In this document: one piece after another, positions 1 through 9,764 of the stretch
How positions within the stretch are numbered: the first letter of the stretch is position 1
How the letters are laid out: every line of letters begins with the position of its first letter
Source: an uncultured Myroides sp.
GTDB lineage: Bacteria; Bacteroidota; Bacteroidia; Flavobacteriales; Flavobacteriaceae
Direction of reading: 5' to 3'
Assembly (NCBI GenBank): GCA_913777665.1
Contig: CAJYTF010000031.1
Span: forward strand, 11,852-75,851
Length of the DNA: 64,000 nucleotides
Notes under the pieces: model-generated
Seen by the model: the letters and a program-made list of their open reading frames with translations, nothing else
Told to the model about the DNA's origin: nothing
Databases searched by the model: none
Position numbers and translations under genes: made by a program

Positions 1-428
1 GCACCGGTGTTTGAATTGGCTGTCAACGTTTCTGTTTTAAGGTTCAGTTTTATGGTAGAACCTAAATTGGCGTTTAATTCTATTTTGGTTTGATCTATAA
101 TGGCATCGCTAAAAATGTACGAACCGCCTTGTGCATCGATTTCTTTTAAATTGTTGAAATGAACCTGAATGGTAACCGAATATTCACTTTCTGAAACTAG
201 TTCTTTCAAGGTGTTTTTTAAAACCAATCGACCGTTTTTATTGATGATGTTCACCGCATCAGCCTGACTTTCTTTTACAACGATTTTATTTTCTGTTGAT
301 GGAATCAGTTCAATTTTAATGCGGTTGCTTGCTTTTAACGATGTAAAATCGCCCACGTTTTTATCAACCTGGGCATTTGCTATTGTTTGTAAGGCTATGA
401 ATAGGGCTGTTGTCAAAAAATACTTCAT
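1..428 (-). CDS. Head GIN (DUF2807-like) domain secreted protein, 5' part; runs off window start
   Basis: Not in ORF track. Hand translation from ATG at 428 gives MKYFLTTALFIALQTIANAQVDKNVGDFTSLKASNRIKIELIP..., open to position 1. Signal peptide plus GDF..L..S pattern; start overlaps the rnr stop. Confidence 0.7.
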   Translation of the reverse strand, partial: MKYFLTTALFIALQTIANAQVDKNVGDFTSLKASNRIKIELIPSTENKIVVKESQADAVNIINKNGRLVLKNTLKELVSESEYSVTIQVHFNNLKEIDAQGGSYIFSDAIIDQTKIELNANLGSTIKLNLKTETLTANSNTG

Positions 429-2614
429 CATTGTTCATTTACTTTTTTAATAAACGTAAAATCTAACTGTTTTTTAACCAAATCGGCATTTTTAACCTTC
501 ACGATAATTTCATCGCCCAACTGCAACAAGTTTTTGGTAACCTCGCCCACTAAAGCGTATTGTTTTTCGTCGAACGTGTAATAATCATCTTTAATTTCGC
601 GGATACGCACCATTCCTTCACATTTATTTTCAACAATTTCCACGTAAATTCCCCATTCGGTAACGCCGGAAATCACACCTAAAAACTCTTCGTCTTTATG
701 ATCTTGCATAAACTTAACCTGCATGTATTTAATACTGTCGCGTTCTGCATTTGCAGCCAGATTTTCCATTTGTGAACAATGCACGCATTTTTGTTCGTAC
801 ACTTCTTCATCTGCCGATTTTGCTCCGTCTAAATAACTTTGCAATAATCTGTGCGCCATCACATCGGGGTATCGGCGAATAGGCGAGGTAAAGTGCGAAT
901 AATAATCAAATGCCAAACCGTAATGACCAATATTTTCGGTAGAATACGCGGCTTTGCTCATACTTCGAATCGCCAATGTATCAACCAAATTCTGTTCTTT
1001 TTTACCCTGAACATCGCTTAACAATTGATTTAACGATTGAGAAATGGTATTCTTCGATTTGAAATTCAATCCGTAACCAAATTTTGAAATAACCGATTGC
1101 AGATTGAATAATTTATCCTGATCCGGTTCGTCGTGCACTCGGTAAATAAAGGTTTTTTTCTGTTTGCCGATAAATTCTGAAACCTTACGGTTTGCCAGCA
1201 ACATAAATTCTTCAATTAAATGATTGGCATCTTTTGAAACTTTGAAATAAACGCCCGTTGGTTCATCATTCTCATCTAAATGGAATTTTACTTCCACCTT
1301 ATCAAATGAAATTGCTCCGGCAGCCATACGTTTTGCTCGCATTTTTTTAGCCAGATCGTCCATTGTTAAAATAGCATCAACAATAGGTTTTTCTATGGTT
1401 TGATCTTCGTTGGTTAACGATATTTCGGCAGGAATTTTATTTCCTTTGGTTTCAATAATAACCTGTGCTTCTTCGTAAGCAAAACGCTTGTCTGAATAAA
1501 TTACGGTTCTACCAAACCACGAATTCACAATTTCGGCTTTTTTGTTCAGTTCGAAAACCGCAGAAAACGTATATTTTTCTTCATTTGGTCGTAACGAACA
1601 CGCAAAATTCGATAATACTTCGGGAAGCATAGGCACCACACGATCAACCAGATAAATAGATGTTGCGCGGTTGTAAGCTTCTTCGTCTAAAACGGTTCCT
1701 TCTTGTAAATAATGAGAAACATCGGCAATGTGGATACCAATTTCGTAATTTCCATTTTCTAAAACCTTAAAAGATAAGGCGTCATCAAAATCTTTTGCAT
1801 CGCGCGGATCAATCGTAAAAGTCAATACATCACGCATATCTCGGCGTTTTGCGATTTCTTCTTCGGTGATCGATGTATCTAATTTTTGAGCAAACGCTTC
1901 AACTTCCACAGGAAAATCGGTCGGTAAACCGTATTCCGCCAAAATAGCGTGCATTTCAGTATTGTGTTCGCCTGGTTTTCCTAAAACTTTAATTACCTCT
2001 CCATACGGATTGTTTGCTTTTTCTGGCCAATCGGTCATTTTAACCAAAACCACATCGCCGTTTTCGGCATCGCCAAATTTTTCCTTCGGAATAAACAAAT
2101 CCACATACATTTTCGGGTTTGCCGTAACAACAAAAGCAAACGTGCCGTTAATCTGAATTACGCCGACAAACTCATCGCGTTTACGTTCTAAAATCTCGAT
2201 AACTTCGGCTTCGGGTTTTTTGCCTTTGCGTTTGTTGTACACATAAGCTTTCACCTTATCGCCATGAAGCGCTTTGTTTAGATTGTTGGTTGGAATAAAC
2301 GGATCTTCTTCAAATTCTGGACTAACAAAATAGGCTGCTTTGCGGGCGGTCATGTCAATTGTTCCTTCAAAATAGCTCGATTGTTCCAAAATACGGAACT
2401 TTCCGCGATCTACTTCTTCAATCTTTTGCGCAGAAACCAAGTATTTTAACTCTTTAATAATTTCGTTTCGTCCTTTGGTATCGGTAACTTCTAAAACAGC
2501 AGCTATTTGTTTGTAGTTAAAAACTTTAGAGCTGTTTTGTGATAGTAATTTTAATATCTTTCCGGAATAATCTTTGCCCGGTTTTTTATTGAATCTTCTA
2601 ATTTTCTTTGTCAT
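428..2614 (-). CDS. rnr: Ribonuclease R
   Basis: 728 aa; RNB motifs TIDPRDAKDFDDALS, HIADVSHY and HFTSPIRRYPD; cold-shock domains and C-terminal S1 domain. Confidence 0.96.
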   Translation of the reverse strand: MTKKIRRFNKKPGKDYSGKILKLLSQNSSKVFNYKQIAAVLEVTDTKGRNEIIKELKYLVSAQKIEEVDRGKFRILEQSSYFEGTIDMTARKAAYFVSPEFEEDPFIPTNNLNKALHGDKVKAYVYNKRKGKKPEAEVIEILERKRDEFVGVIQINGTFAFVVTANPKMYVDLFIPKEKFGDAENGDVVLVKMTDWPEKANNPYGEVIKVLGKPGEHNTEMHAILAEYGLPTDFPVEVEAFAQKLDTSITEEEIAKRRDMRDVLTFTIDPRDAKDFDDALSFKVLENGNYEIGIHIADVSHYLQEGTVLDEEAYNRATSIYLVDRVVPMLPEVLSNFACSLRPNEEKYTFSAVFELNKKAEIVNSWFGRTVIYSDKRFAYEEAQVIIETKGNKIPAEISLTNEDQTIEKPIVDAILTMDDLAKKMRAKRMAAGAISFDKVEVKFHLDENDEPTGVYFKVSKDANHLIEEFMLLANRKVSEFIGKQKKTFIYRVHDEPDQDKLFNLQSVISKFGYGLNFKSKNTISQSLNQLLSDVQGKKEQNLVDTLAIRSMSKAAYSTENIGHYGLAFDYYSHFTSPIRRYPDVMAHRLLQSYLDGAKSADEEVYEQKCVHCSQMENLAANAERDSIKYMQVKFMQDHKDEEFLGVISGVTEWGIYVEIVENKCEGMVRIREIKDDYYTFDEKQYALVGEVTKNLLQLGDEIIVKVKNADLVKKQLDFTFIKKVNEQ

Positions 2615-2708
2615 ATATAAATTGTTTAAGCAAATAGCTCAAATACTTATTAAAGATAAGAAAATATTAAAGTGTAAATGTAAATTTTGTCTTAAATAAT
2701 AATTCACT

Positions 2709-3269
2709 TTAAAGTGTGTTTGTCCATTTATGTTCGTGGGTTGTAGCGTCCACAACAGGAACATTTAGATAATTGGAAATTTGTTTCGAACAGAATAACG
2801 CATGATTCAAATAATTAAAATCTATTTGAAACAACATATAATGCTTGTTGTTTTCATCGAATAGATTTAGTTCGTAAATATAAAAGTAAGAATAGTTGTA
2901 ATTTACGCCCATTGGAGCTTCACGTATTTTTTTTGCCTTGTAAAGAGAGATATATTCAACATTTGGCAGCATATACCAATTTTTTATATTGAATTTCAAT
3001 CCGAATATTGAATGATAAAAGCGATATTTATTTTTATGTTTATCTATTTCAATCCCTTTTTCAATTAAAAGAAAAGGTAAATTGATAAAGCTGGATATAG
3101 CAATTACAAAACATAATTTGCTGTCATAATATAATCCGTAAGAAATTAAAAAGATAATTAGTAAACATAAGGCAGCAAAGAAAATTAGTACTGCTTTAGA
3201 GTTTCTATCATAAATAACGTTGAGCATTTTAAATAGTGTTTTGTCAAATATAATCTTTAAATCGATCAA
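2709..3269 (-). CDS. Hypothetical membrane protein
   Basis: 186 aa AT-rich ORF with two N-terminal hydrophobic segments. Confidence 0.6.
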   Translation of the reverse strand: MIDLKIIFDKTLFKMLNVIYDRNSKAVLIFFAALCLLIIFLISYGLYYDSKLCFVIAISSFINLPFLLIEKGIEIDKHKNKYRFYHSIFGLKFNIKNWYMLPNVEYISLYKAKKIREAPMGVNYNYSYFYIYELNLFDENNKHYMLFQIDFNYLNHALFCSKQISNYLNVPVVDATTHEHKWTNTL

Positions 3270-3299
3270 TTTTTAAATCTTTCAATAATTCAAAATAAT

Positions 3300-3307
3300 T
3301 ACCTTTG
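3300..3307 (+). promoter_or_regulatory. Bacteroidota sigma70 -7 element (TACCTTTG) upstream of rpiB
   Basis: Exact TAnnTTTG match 23 nt before the ATG. Confidence 0.6.
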
Positions 3308-3330
3308 TACAAACAATACAACTAAACGAT

Positions 3331-3762
3331 ATGAAAATAGCAATAGGAAACGATCACGCAGGTCCGGAATACAAAAAAGCGTTGGTGCAAATGCTTCAGG
3401 ACAAAGGAATTGAAGTAGTTAATTACGGAACCGATACGTTTGATTCTGTCGATTATCCTGATTTCGGACACAAAGTAGCTCAAGATGTAGAAGATAATAA
3501 TGTTGATTTTGGAATTGTAATCTGCGGTTCGGGTAACGGAATTGCCATGAGTGCCAACAAACATCAGGGTGTTCGTTGTGCTTTGTGTTGGACAAAAGAA
3601 ATTGCCGTATTGGCACGCCAGCATAACAATGCCAACGTGATTTCTATTCCTGCACGCTTTACAGCTATTCCACAAGTTTTAGAAATGGTTGATGCTTTTT
3701 TAACTACCGAATTTGAAGGTGGACGCCACGAAACCCGTGTAAATAAAATTGCTTGTAGTTAA
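3331..3762 (+). CDS. rpiB: Ribose 5-phosphate isomerase B
   Basis: GNDHAG, CGSGNG, ARQHNNAN and FEGGRH motifs. Confidence 0.96.
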   Translation: MKIAIGNDHAGPEYKKALVQMLQDKGIEVVNYGTDTFDSVDYPDFGHKVAQDVEDNNVDFGIVICGSGNGIAMSANKHQGVRCALCWTKEIAVLARQHNNANVISIPARFTAIPQVLEMVDAFLTTEFEGGRHETRVNKIACS

Positions 3763-3785
3763 GCAACACAATAACATGACAAAGT

Positions 3786-3813
3786 AAAATCCGAGGAAAT
3801 TTTCTCGGATTTT
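3786..3813. terminator. Bidirectional intrinsic terminator between convergent rpiB and DUF1294
   Basis: AAAATCCGAG...CTCGGATTTT inverted repeat. Confidence 0.7.
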
Positions 3814-4089
3814 TTATATAAAAAACCTCTTCTTATAAAAAGCAAAAAAGAATAAAATCTGTAAAATTAAAATAGCGTAAAACCACAGTTTAAAAGACAG
3901 TTTTTTGGTTTTATGTCGATACTTCTGCATACCAATATAAGCACCTAAAGTTCCGCCAAACGCAGCAATGGTTAACAGGTTTTTTTCAGAAATACGCTGT
4001 TTGCCCTTAATTGCCCGCTGTTTATCTAAATGGTACAGGCTAAAGGCAATGTAATTAACAATAATTAAGTATATAAATACAAATTTCAT
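3814..4089 (-). CDS. DUF1294 family membrane protein
   Basis: DKQRA...RISEKNL...GGTLGAYIGMQKYRHKTKK signature; start set at the internal ATG (MKFVFIYL), not 4197. Confidence 0.85.
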   Translation of the reverse strand: MKFVFIYLIIVNYIAFSLYHLDKQRAIKGKQRISEKNLLTIAAFGGTLGAYIGMQKYRHKTKKLSFKLWFYAILILQILFFFAFYKKRFFI

Positions 4090-4104
4090 ACGGTAGTAAT
4101 TGGT

Positions 4105-4122
4105 GCAAAGGTAGTATTTTTG
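4105..4122. promoter_or_regulatory. Back-to-back divergent -7 elements for DUF1294 (-) and tex (+)
   Basis: CAAAGGTA (reverse complement TACCTTTG) and TATTTTTG within 18 bp, between divergent ATGs at 4089 and 4141. Confidence 0.55.
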
Positions 4123-4140
4123 CAGTTCAAAATTCATGCA

Positions 4141-6273
4141 ATGAACACTATTCAATATATAAAGGAAAAAGTCGCTGTTTCCGATAAATCCATACAAAAC
4201 ACCTTAGAATTATTAGCACAAGACTGTACCATTCCGTTTATTGCGCGGTATAGAAAAGACGCTACGGGGAATTTAGATGAAGTTCAAATTGAACAAATTG
4301 CAAAACTTTCCAATCAGTTTGAAACATTGGTTAAACGGAAAGAATCTGTTTTGGCATCGATAGAAGAACAAGGATTGCTGACTGATTTCTTGAAAGATAA
4401 AATTCAGAATTCTTTTGATTTGATCGAAATTGAAGATTTGTATCTTCCTTTTAAAAAGAAAAGAAAAACAAAAGCCGATACCGCACGCGAAGCCGGATTA
4501 GAGCCTTTGGCAAAAATGATCATGTCGCAAAATGTGGATGATTTGGAATACACTGCCGAAAGATATTTAAACAGTAAAGTTTTTTCGGGTGAAGATGCTT
4601 TGCAAGGCGCACGCGACATTATTGCCGAATGGATCAATGAAAATATTTTTGTTAGAAAAGCACTTCGACGCAAGTTTCAGCGCAATGCCGAAATTTCGAC
4701 TAAAGTTGTAAAAACGAAGAAAGACGAAGATGCCGCAAAGAAATTTGAACAGTATTTCGATTGGAACGAACCTTTGTTTAAAGCACCAGCGCACCGATTA
4801 TTGGCTATGTTGCGCGCCAATAACGAAGGTTTTGTAAAGTTAGATGTAAGTATTGATAGAACCGAAGCCATTACATTTATAGAAGATACCGTAATTAAAA
4901 ATAAAAACCACGAAACAGCTGCCGAAATTTCTAAAGCGGTTGCTGATTCGTACAAACGATTGTTAGAACCAGCATTGTCTAACGAGGTTTTGCAGGAATA
5001 CAAACTAAAAGCCGATTTACAGTCAATCGGAGTTTTTTCAGAGAATTTATCGCAATTATTATTGTCGGCACCACTGGGCGAAAAACGCGTTATGGGAATA
5101 GATCCCGGATTTAAAACAGGTTGTAAAGTGGTCTGTATCGATGAAAACGGAAATCTGTTATACAACGAAACCATTTTTCCGCACGCACCCCAGAAAGATA
5201 TTGCCATGGCTACCAAAAAAGTACGCTCAATGGCGAATTCGTATAAAATTGATGCCATTGCCATTGGTAACGGAACGGCAAGCCGTGAAACGGAATTTTT
5301 CATAAAAAAAGTTGCGTTTGATAAACCTTTGCAGGTTTTTGTGGTAAGCGAAGCAGGTGCATCGGTTTATTCGGCATCGAAAATTGCGCGTGATGAATTT
5401 GCTAATTATGATGTTACCGTTCGTGGTGCTGTTTCAATTGGTCGAAGATTACAAGATCCGTTGGCAGAATTGGTTAAGATCGATCCAAAATCAATTGGTG
5501 TTGGTCAGTATCAGCACGATGTAGATCAGAGTTTGTTGAAAGAAGAATTAGATCAGGTAGTAATTCGCAGCGTAAATAAAATCGGCATCAACTTAAACAC
5601 GGCAAGTAAATCGTTGTTGAGTTATGTTTCGGGAATTGGCGAAAAACTGGCGGAAAATATTGTTAACTACCGCGCAGAAAACGGTGCTTTTACTAACAGA
5701 AAAGACTTGAAAAATGTTCCGCGTTTGGGCGAAAAAGCCTACGTGCAAGCCGCAGCTTTTGTACGTATTGTAAATGGCGATTTTGTGCTGGATAATTCTG
5801 CGGTGCATCCGGAAGCTTATGTTTTGGTCGAAAAAATGGCAAAAGATTTAAAAATCAGTACCAATGAATTGATCGGAAATAAATCAGTAATCGAAAAAAT
5901 AGATCCTTCTAAATACATTTCAGAACAATTTGGAATACATTACATAACCGATTTGTTGAAAGAGTTGGAAAAACCGGGATTAGATCCGCGTAAAAAAGCA
6001 AAAGTATTAGAGTTTGATGCGTCGTTAAAATCAATAAACGATGTTGAGGTAGGCAAGGTTTACAACGGCATCATTAACAACATTACCAATTTCGGTTGTT
6101 TTGTTGATATCGGTATTAAAGAAAGTGGCTTGGTACACATATCACAACTAAAAGAAGGTTTTGTGGCTGATGTAAACGAAGTGGTTAAACTGCACGAACA
6201 TGTTCAGGTAAAAGTGTTAGAAGTTGATCAACAGAAAAAGCGTTTACAGCTTACAATGATTTTGAATAATTAG
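4141..6273 (+). CDS. tex: Tex family RNA-binding transcriptional accessory protein
   Basis: TIPFIARYRK, GIDPGFKTGCK (YqgF), DPKSIGVGQYQHDV, HhH and S1 domains; ATG at 4141 preferred over TTG at 4120. Confidence 0.95.
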   Translation: MNTIQYIKEKVAVSDKSIQNTLELLAQDCTIPFIARYRKDATGNLDEVQIEQIAKLSNQFETLVKRKESVLASIEEQGLLTDFLKDKIQNSFDLIEIEDLYLPFKKKRKTKADTAREAGLEPLAKMIMSQNVDDLEYTAERYLNSKVFSGEDALQGARDIIAEWINENIFVRKALRRKFQRNAEISTKVVKTKKDEDAAKKFEQYFDWNEPLFKAPAHRLLAMLRANNEGFVKLDVSIDRTEAITFIEDTVIKNKNHETAAEISKAVADSYKRLLEPALSNEVLQEYKLKADLQSIGVFSENLSQLLLSAPLGEKRVMGIDPGFKTGCKVVCIDENGNLLYNETIFPHAPQKDIAMATKKVRSMANSYKIDAIAIGNGTASRETEFFIKKVAFDKPLQVFVVSEAGASVYSASKIARDEFANYDVTVRGAVSIGRRLQDPLAELVKIDPKSIGVGQYQHDVDQSLLKEELDQVVIRSVNKIGINLNTASKSLLSYVSGIGEKLAENIVNYRAENGAFTNRKDLKNVPRLGEKAYVQAAAFVRIVNGDFVLDNSAVHPEAYVLVEKMAKDLKISTNELIGNKSVIEKIDPSKYISEQFGIHYITDLLKELEKPGLDPRKKAKVLEFDASLKSINDVEVGKVYNGIINNITNFGCFVDIGIKESGLVHISQLKEGFVADVNEVVKLHEHVQVKVLEVDQQKKRLQLTMILNN

Positions 6274-6583
6274 CAATTACACACTAAAATAGTGGAAATA
6301 ATACTCAATTCGGGTACGTTTTCACATTGAAAAATAACAATTTGTCAAGTTTTTATTTTGCCTAAAAAAGTGTTTTTTAATCTTAAAGCGTTGATGTGTA
6401 TGGGTTTGTGCGTGTTTTTGTAAAATAAAAAAGCAAGGTTGGGATTTTTGGTCTTTGGTTTGCTCTATACATTATGAAAAAGAGAAATAAAAAAGAAAAA
6501 TTGTTATGAAAAAGACCAATCAATTAAATTTTAAATGAGAGGAGTTTAAAAAAAAGTAGTGTTTTTATTATGTTTTATAAGGG

Positions 6584-6613
6584 ATACCCGCTTGAGACTT
6601 TTCAAGCGGGTAT
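6584..6613. terminator. Hairpin, likely terminator for the tatA pair
   Basis: ATACCCGCTTGA-6 nt-TCAAGCGGGTAT perfect 12-bp stem. Confidence 0.6.
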
Positions 6614-6660
6614 TTAATTTTCGTTTATTTATATATTTATAAGTTTAATGATTTAGACGT

Positions 6661-6704
6661 TCGTCAGTTCGAGCGGAGTCGAGAACCGGAGCTTGTCGAG
6701 AACT
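6661..6704. repeat. GTCA-prefixed REP-like element, partial copy
   Basis: TCGTCAGTTCGAGCGGAGTCGAGAAC followed by GAGCTTGTCGAGAACT; matches the copies at 51460 and 58917. Confidence 0.7.
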
Positions 6705-6742
6705 TATAAAATAAAAAAAGATGCATTTAGCACCTTTTAAAA

Positions 6743-6934
6743 TTATTCAGACTTAGAATCTGTATTGTTTTTATTCGGATTTGAAGTTGCTCCACTGTTA
6801 TCCTTCGTAGCATCTTTAAATTCTTTAATACCAGAACCTAATCCTTTCATTAATTCCGGAATTTTTTTTCCTCCAAATAATAATAGTACAACAACTACTA
6901 TTAAAATTATCTCGGTAGCACCAAATCTTCCCAT
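6743..6934 (-). CDS. tatA: Sec-independent translocase TatA/TatE subunit
   Basis: 63 aa from MGRFGATE; [21 protein letters not shown]. Confidence 0.92.
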   Translation of the reverse strand: MGRFGATEIILIVVVVLLLFGGKKIPELMKGLGSGIKEFKDATKDNSGATSNPNKNNTDSKSE

Positions 6935-6941
6935 TTTATTA

Positions 6942-7127
6942 TTATTTTTTAGATTGATCTTTGTTTGCATCTTCTTGTGTAGCATCTTTAAACTCTTTAA
7001 TACCAGAGCCTAATCCGCGCATTAATTCAGGAATTTTCTTACCACCAAACATCAGTAAAATTACCGCAACAATTAAAACTATATTCCATGCACTCGGCAT
7101 TCCTAAAAATACTACTATAGAATTCAT
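6942..7127 (-). CDS. tatA: Sec-independent translocase TatA/TatE subunit (second copy)
   Basis: 61 aa; [24 protein letters not shown]. Confidence 0.9.
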   Translation of the reverse strand: MNSIVVFLGMPSAWNIVLIVAVILLMFGGKKIPELMRGLGSGIKEFKDATQEDANKDQSKK

Positions 7128-7301
7128 TATATTTAATTATAAAAATATCAAGCAAAGATATAACATTTTAAAGCTATCTTATTTTTTTATTTTGTAATTT
7201 TTAACAGTAGAACATGTTAATATTAAAATAATTAAACTTTTTGGCGCTTTGTTATTTTATTAAAATTAGATGTTCGATTTTTGTATCATAAAACCTAAAG
7301 T

Positions 7302-8792
7302 ATGTCTTTAAAGTCGTTTTTTGCAAAAATATTCGCCAATGTTGTTGTAATGCAGCAACAAAAATGGATGATTAAACCCGTTGTAACGCAGGAAAATTTG
7401 TTTCATTCTTTAATTCAACAGGCAAAGCAAACCCAGTTTGGTAAAGATCATTTGTTTTTGGCGATAAAATCGCATGCCGATTTTGTAAAATATGTTCCCG
7501 TTCGCGATTACGAGGCTTTAAAACCGTATGTTGATAAAGTAGTTGCTGGCGAAAAAGATGTGTTGTGGAAAGGAAAACCATTGTATTTTGCAAAAACATC
7601 GGGCACTACGTCGGGTGCAAAATATATTCCTATTACAAAAGAATCCATGCCTTATCATGTAGAAGGTGCGCGCAATGCCATTTTATTTTACATTCAGGAA
7701 ACCGGTAATGCCGATTTTGTTGATGGTAAAATGATTTTTTTACAAGGAAGTCCCGAAATGACGGAGAAAAACGGAATCAAAGTCGGAAGGTTATCGGGTA
7801 TCGCTGCGCACTATGTTCCTAAATATCTGCAAAAAAACCGTTTGCCAAGTTGGGAAACGAATTGTATCGATGATTGGGAAACAAAAGTTGATGCCATTGT
7901 ACAAGAAACAAAAGATGAAAATATGTCGGTTATCTCCGGAATTCCTTCTTGGGTGCAAATGTATTTTGATCGATTAATTCAGGTTTCCGGACAAAAAGTG
8001 GGTGATCTGTTTAAAAACTTTAATCTGTTTATTTATGGCGGAGTGAATTACGAACCTTATCGCAAAAAGTTTGAGCAGCTAATTGGCAGAAAAGTAGATA
8101 GTATCGAACTGTATCCGGCTTCCGAAGGTTTTTTCGCCTATCAGGATTCTCAAAAAGCAAAAGGAATGTTGCTACTTTTAAACGCCGGAATTTTTTACGA
8201 GTTTGTTAAAGCCGATGAATTTTATAACGAAAATCCAAAACGATACACAATAGGCGAGGTAGCTTTAAACGTTAATTATGTAATGATCATTAGTACCAAT
8301 GCGGGTTTATGGGCGTACAATATTGGCGATACTGTTATGTTTACGTCGCTAAAACCATACAGAATTATTGTAACCGGTCGCATTAAGCATTACATTTCGG
8401 CTTTTGGCGAACACGTTATTGGTAAAGAAGTAGAGCAGGCAATGCAACAGGCTTTAAGTGAAACCGATGCCATGGTGACCGAATTTACAGTTGCACCACA
8501 AATTAATCCTGAAAGCGGACTGCCTTACCACGAATGGTTGGTAGAATTTGAAAAAGAACCGACTAATTTGGAAGATTTCGCATTGAAGATCGATGCTGCG
8601 TTAAGAAATCAAAATGTTTATTACGATGATTTAATTGTTGGGAATGTTTTGCGTACTTTAGTAATTACCAAAGTTCCGGTTGGTGGTTTTAACGAATACA
8701 TGAAATCGCAAGGAAAATTGGGCGGGCAAAATAAATTGCCTCGTTTGGCGAACGACCGTAAAATTGCCGATTTTATTCATGAACTAAAATAG
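7302..8792 (+). CDS. GH3 (auxin-responsive promoter family) adenylating acyl-amido ligase
   Basis: KTSGTTSGAKYIP, YPASEGFFA, YNIGDTV and GGQNKLPRL motifs. Confidence 0.9.
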   Translation: MSLKSFFAKIFANVVVMQQQKWMIKPVVTQENLFHSLIQQAKQTQFGKDHLFLAIKSHADFVKYVPVRDYEALKPYVDKVVAGEKDVLWKGKPLYFAKTSGTTSGAKYIPITKESMPYHVEGARNAILFYIQETGNADFVDGKMIFLQGSPEMTEKNGIKVGRLSGIAAHYVPKYLQKNRLPSWETNCIDDWETKVDAIVQETKDENMSVISGIPSWVQMYFDRLIQVSGQKVGDLFKNFNLFIYGGVNYEPYRKKFEQLIGRKVDSIELYPASEGFFAYQDSQKAKGMLLLLNAGIFYEFVKADEFYNENPKRYTIGEVALNVNYVMIISTNAGLWAYNIGDTVMFTSLKPYRIIVTGRIKHYISAFGEHVIGKEVEQAMQQALSETDAMVTEFTVAPQINPESGLPYHEWLVEFEKEPTNLEDFALKIDAALRNQNVYYDDLIVGNVLRTLVITKVPVGGFNEYMKSQGKLGGQNKLPRLANDRKIADFIHELK

Positions 8793-8795
8793 CGT

Positions 8796-9665
8796 ATGAA
8801 AAAGTTGCTGTTTCTTTTATTAATAACTCCAATATGTGTGTTTGCACAGATTAGCGGAAAGGTGGTGAATATGGAAAACAAACCTTTACCGCTCACCAAT
8901 ATTTGGGTTTTAGACGGAAGCGATGGCACCACAACCGATTCGTTAGGTATGTTCTACATACCGTCTGCACTGGCTACAGATACTTTGGTTTTTAACGCAT
9001 CGGGACATAAAATCTTTAAAGAAGAAGCATCAAAAACCACAAATGTTACCTTAGAACCTTACGAAATTCCGCAACCTGCTTTGTTGGTTCTGCCCGAAAA
9101 ATCGTTCCATCATACCATTGGCGATGCGCATTTCGAAAACATGTATTTTGCTCCGGGAAATGTTCCGTATATGTACGGAAAGTTTTTCGAGAATGATGCC
9201 GAAATAAAATCGGTTCAATATATTGATAAAGTAATTGTTTACACCAAAAGTGCCGTTGCTGCAGCCACTATTAAAATTCGATTTTTACGGATGAACGAAT
9301 ACGGTTGCCCGAGTGATGATTTGCTGATTGACCCTATAATTACCACCGTAAAACGCGGAACCAAGAAAAATTTAATCAACGTTTTAAAGCACAATATTAA
9401 AATACCAAAAAACGGAATTTTTGTTGCGGTTGAATGGTTAATGACCGAAAATAATCAGTTTCGTCCGGCTAATTTTGTAAAAGGAGATCAGTTATTCGAA
9501 GATTTCCGTTATCAGCCCGATGTTATGAACAATAAGGTAGAAAAAACCTCATCGTTTAGATACATGTACGGCGAATGGTTTCCAAACGATCAGTTTCAGC
9601 CAAGAAATCCAAATGCACCGAGAGAAATAGTAGATCCGGCGATCGGATTGATTTTATCAAATTAA
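8796..9665 (+). CDS. Secreted protein with carboxypeptidase regulatory-like domain
   Basis: Signal peptide, then ISGKVVN...PL..TNIWV...GTTTDSLGMF. Confidence 0.7.
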   Translation: MKKLLFLLLITPICVFAQISGKVVNMENKPLPLTNIWVLDGSDGTTTDSLGMFYIPSALATDTLVFNASGHKIFKEEASKTTNVTLEPYEIPQPALLVLPEKSFHHTIGDAHFENMYFAPGNVPYMYGKFFENDAEIKSVQYIDKVIVYTKSAVAAATIKIRFLRMNEYGCPSDDLLIDPIITTVKRGTKKNLINVLKHNIKIPKNGIFVAVEWLMTENNQFRPANFVKGDQLFEDFRYQPDVMNNKVEKTSSFRYMYGEWFPNDQFQPRNPNAPREIVDPAIGLILSN

Positions 9666-9764
9666 AAATCAAGATATAATTTACAACATAGTTACATAGA
9701 AATAAATCAATTTGAATATTAAAGCTATGTGTCTATTGTGGTAATGATTAAGTAAAGTAAGAAA

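Noticed and set aside
6274-6580. Non-coding stretch after tex as a riboswitch or ncRNA
   Set aside because: Low-complexity A/T tracts with no recognisable aptamer motif.
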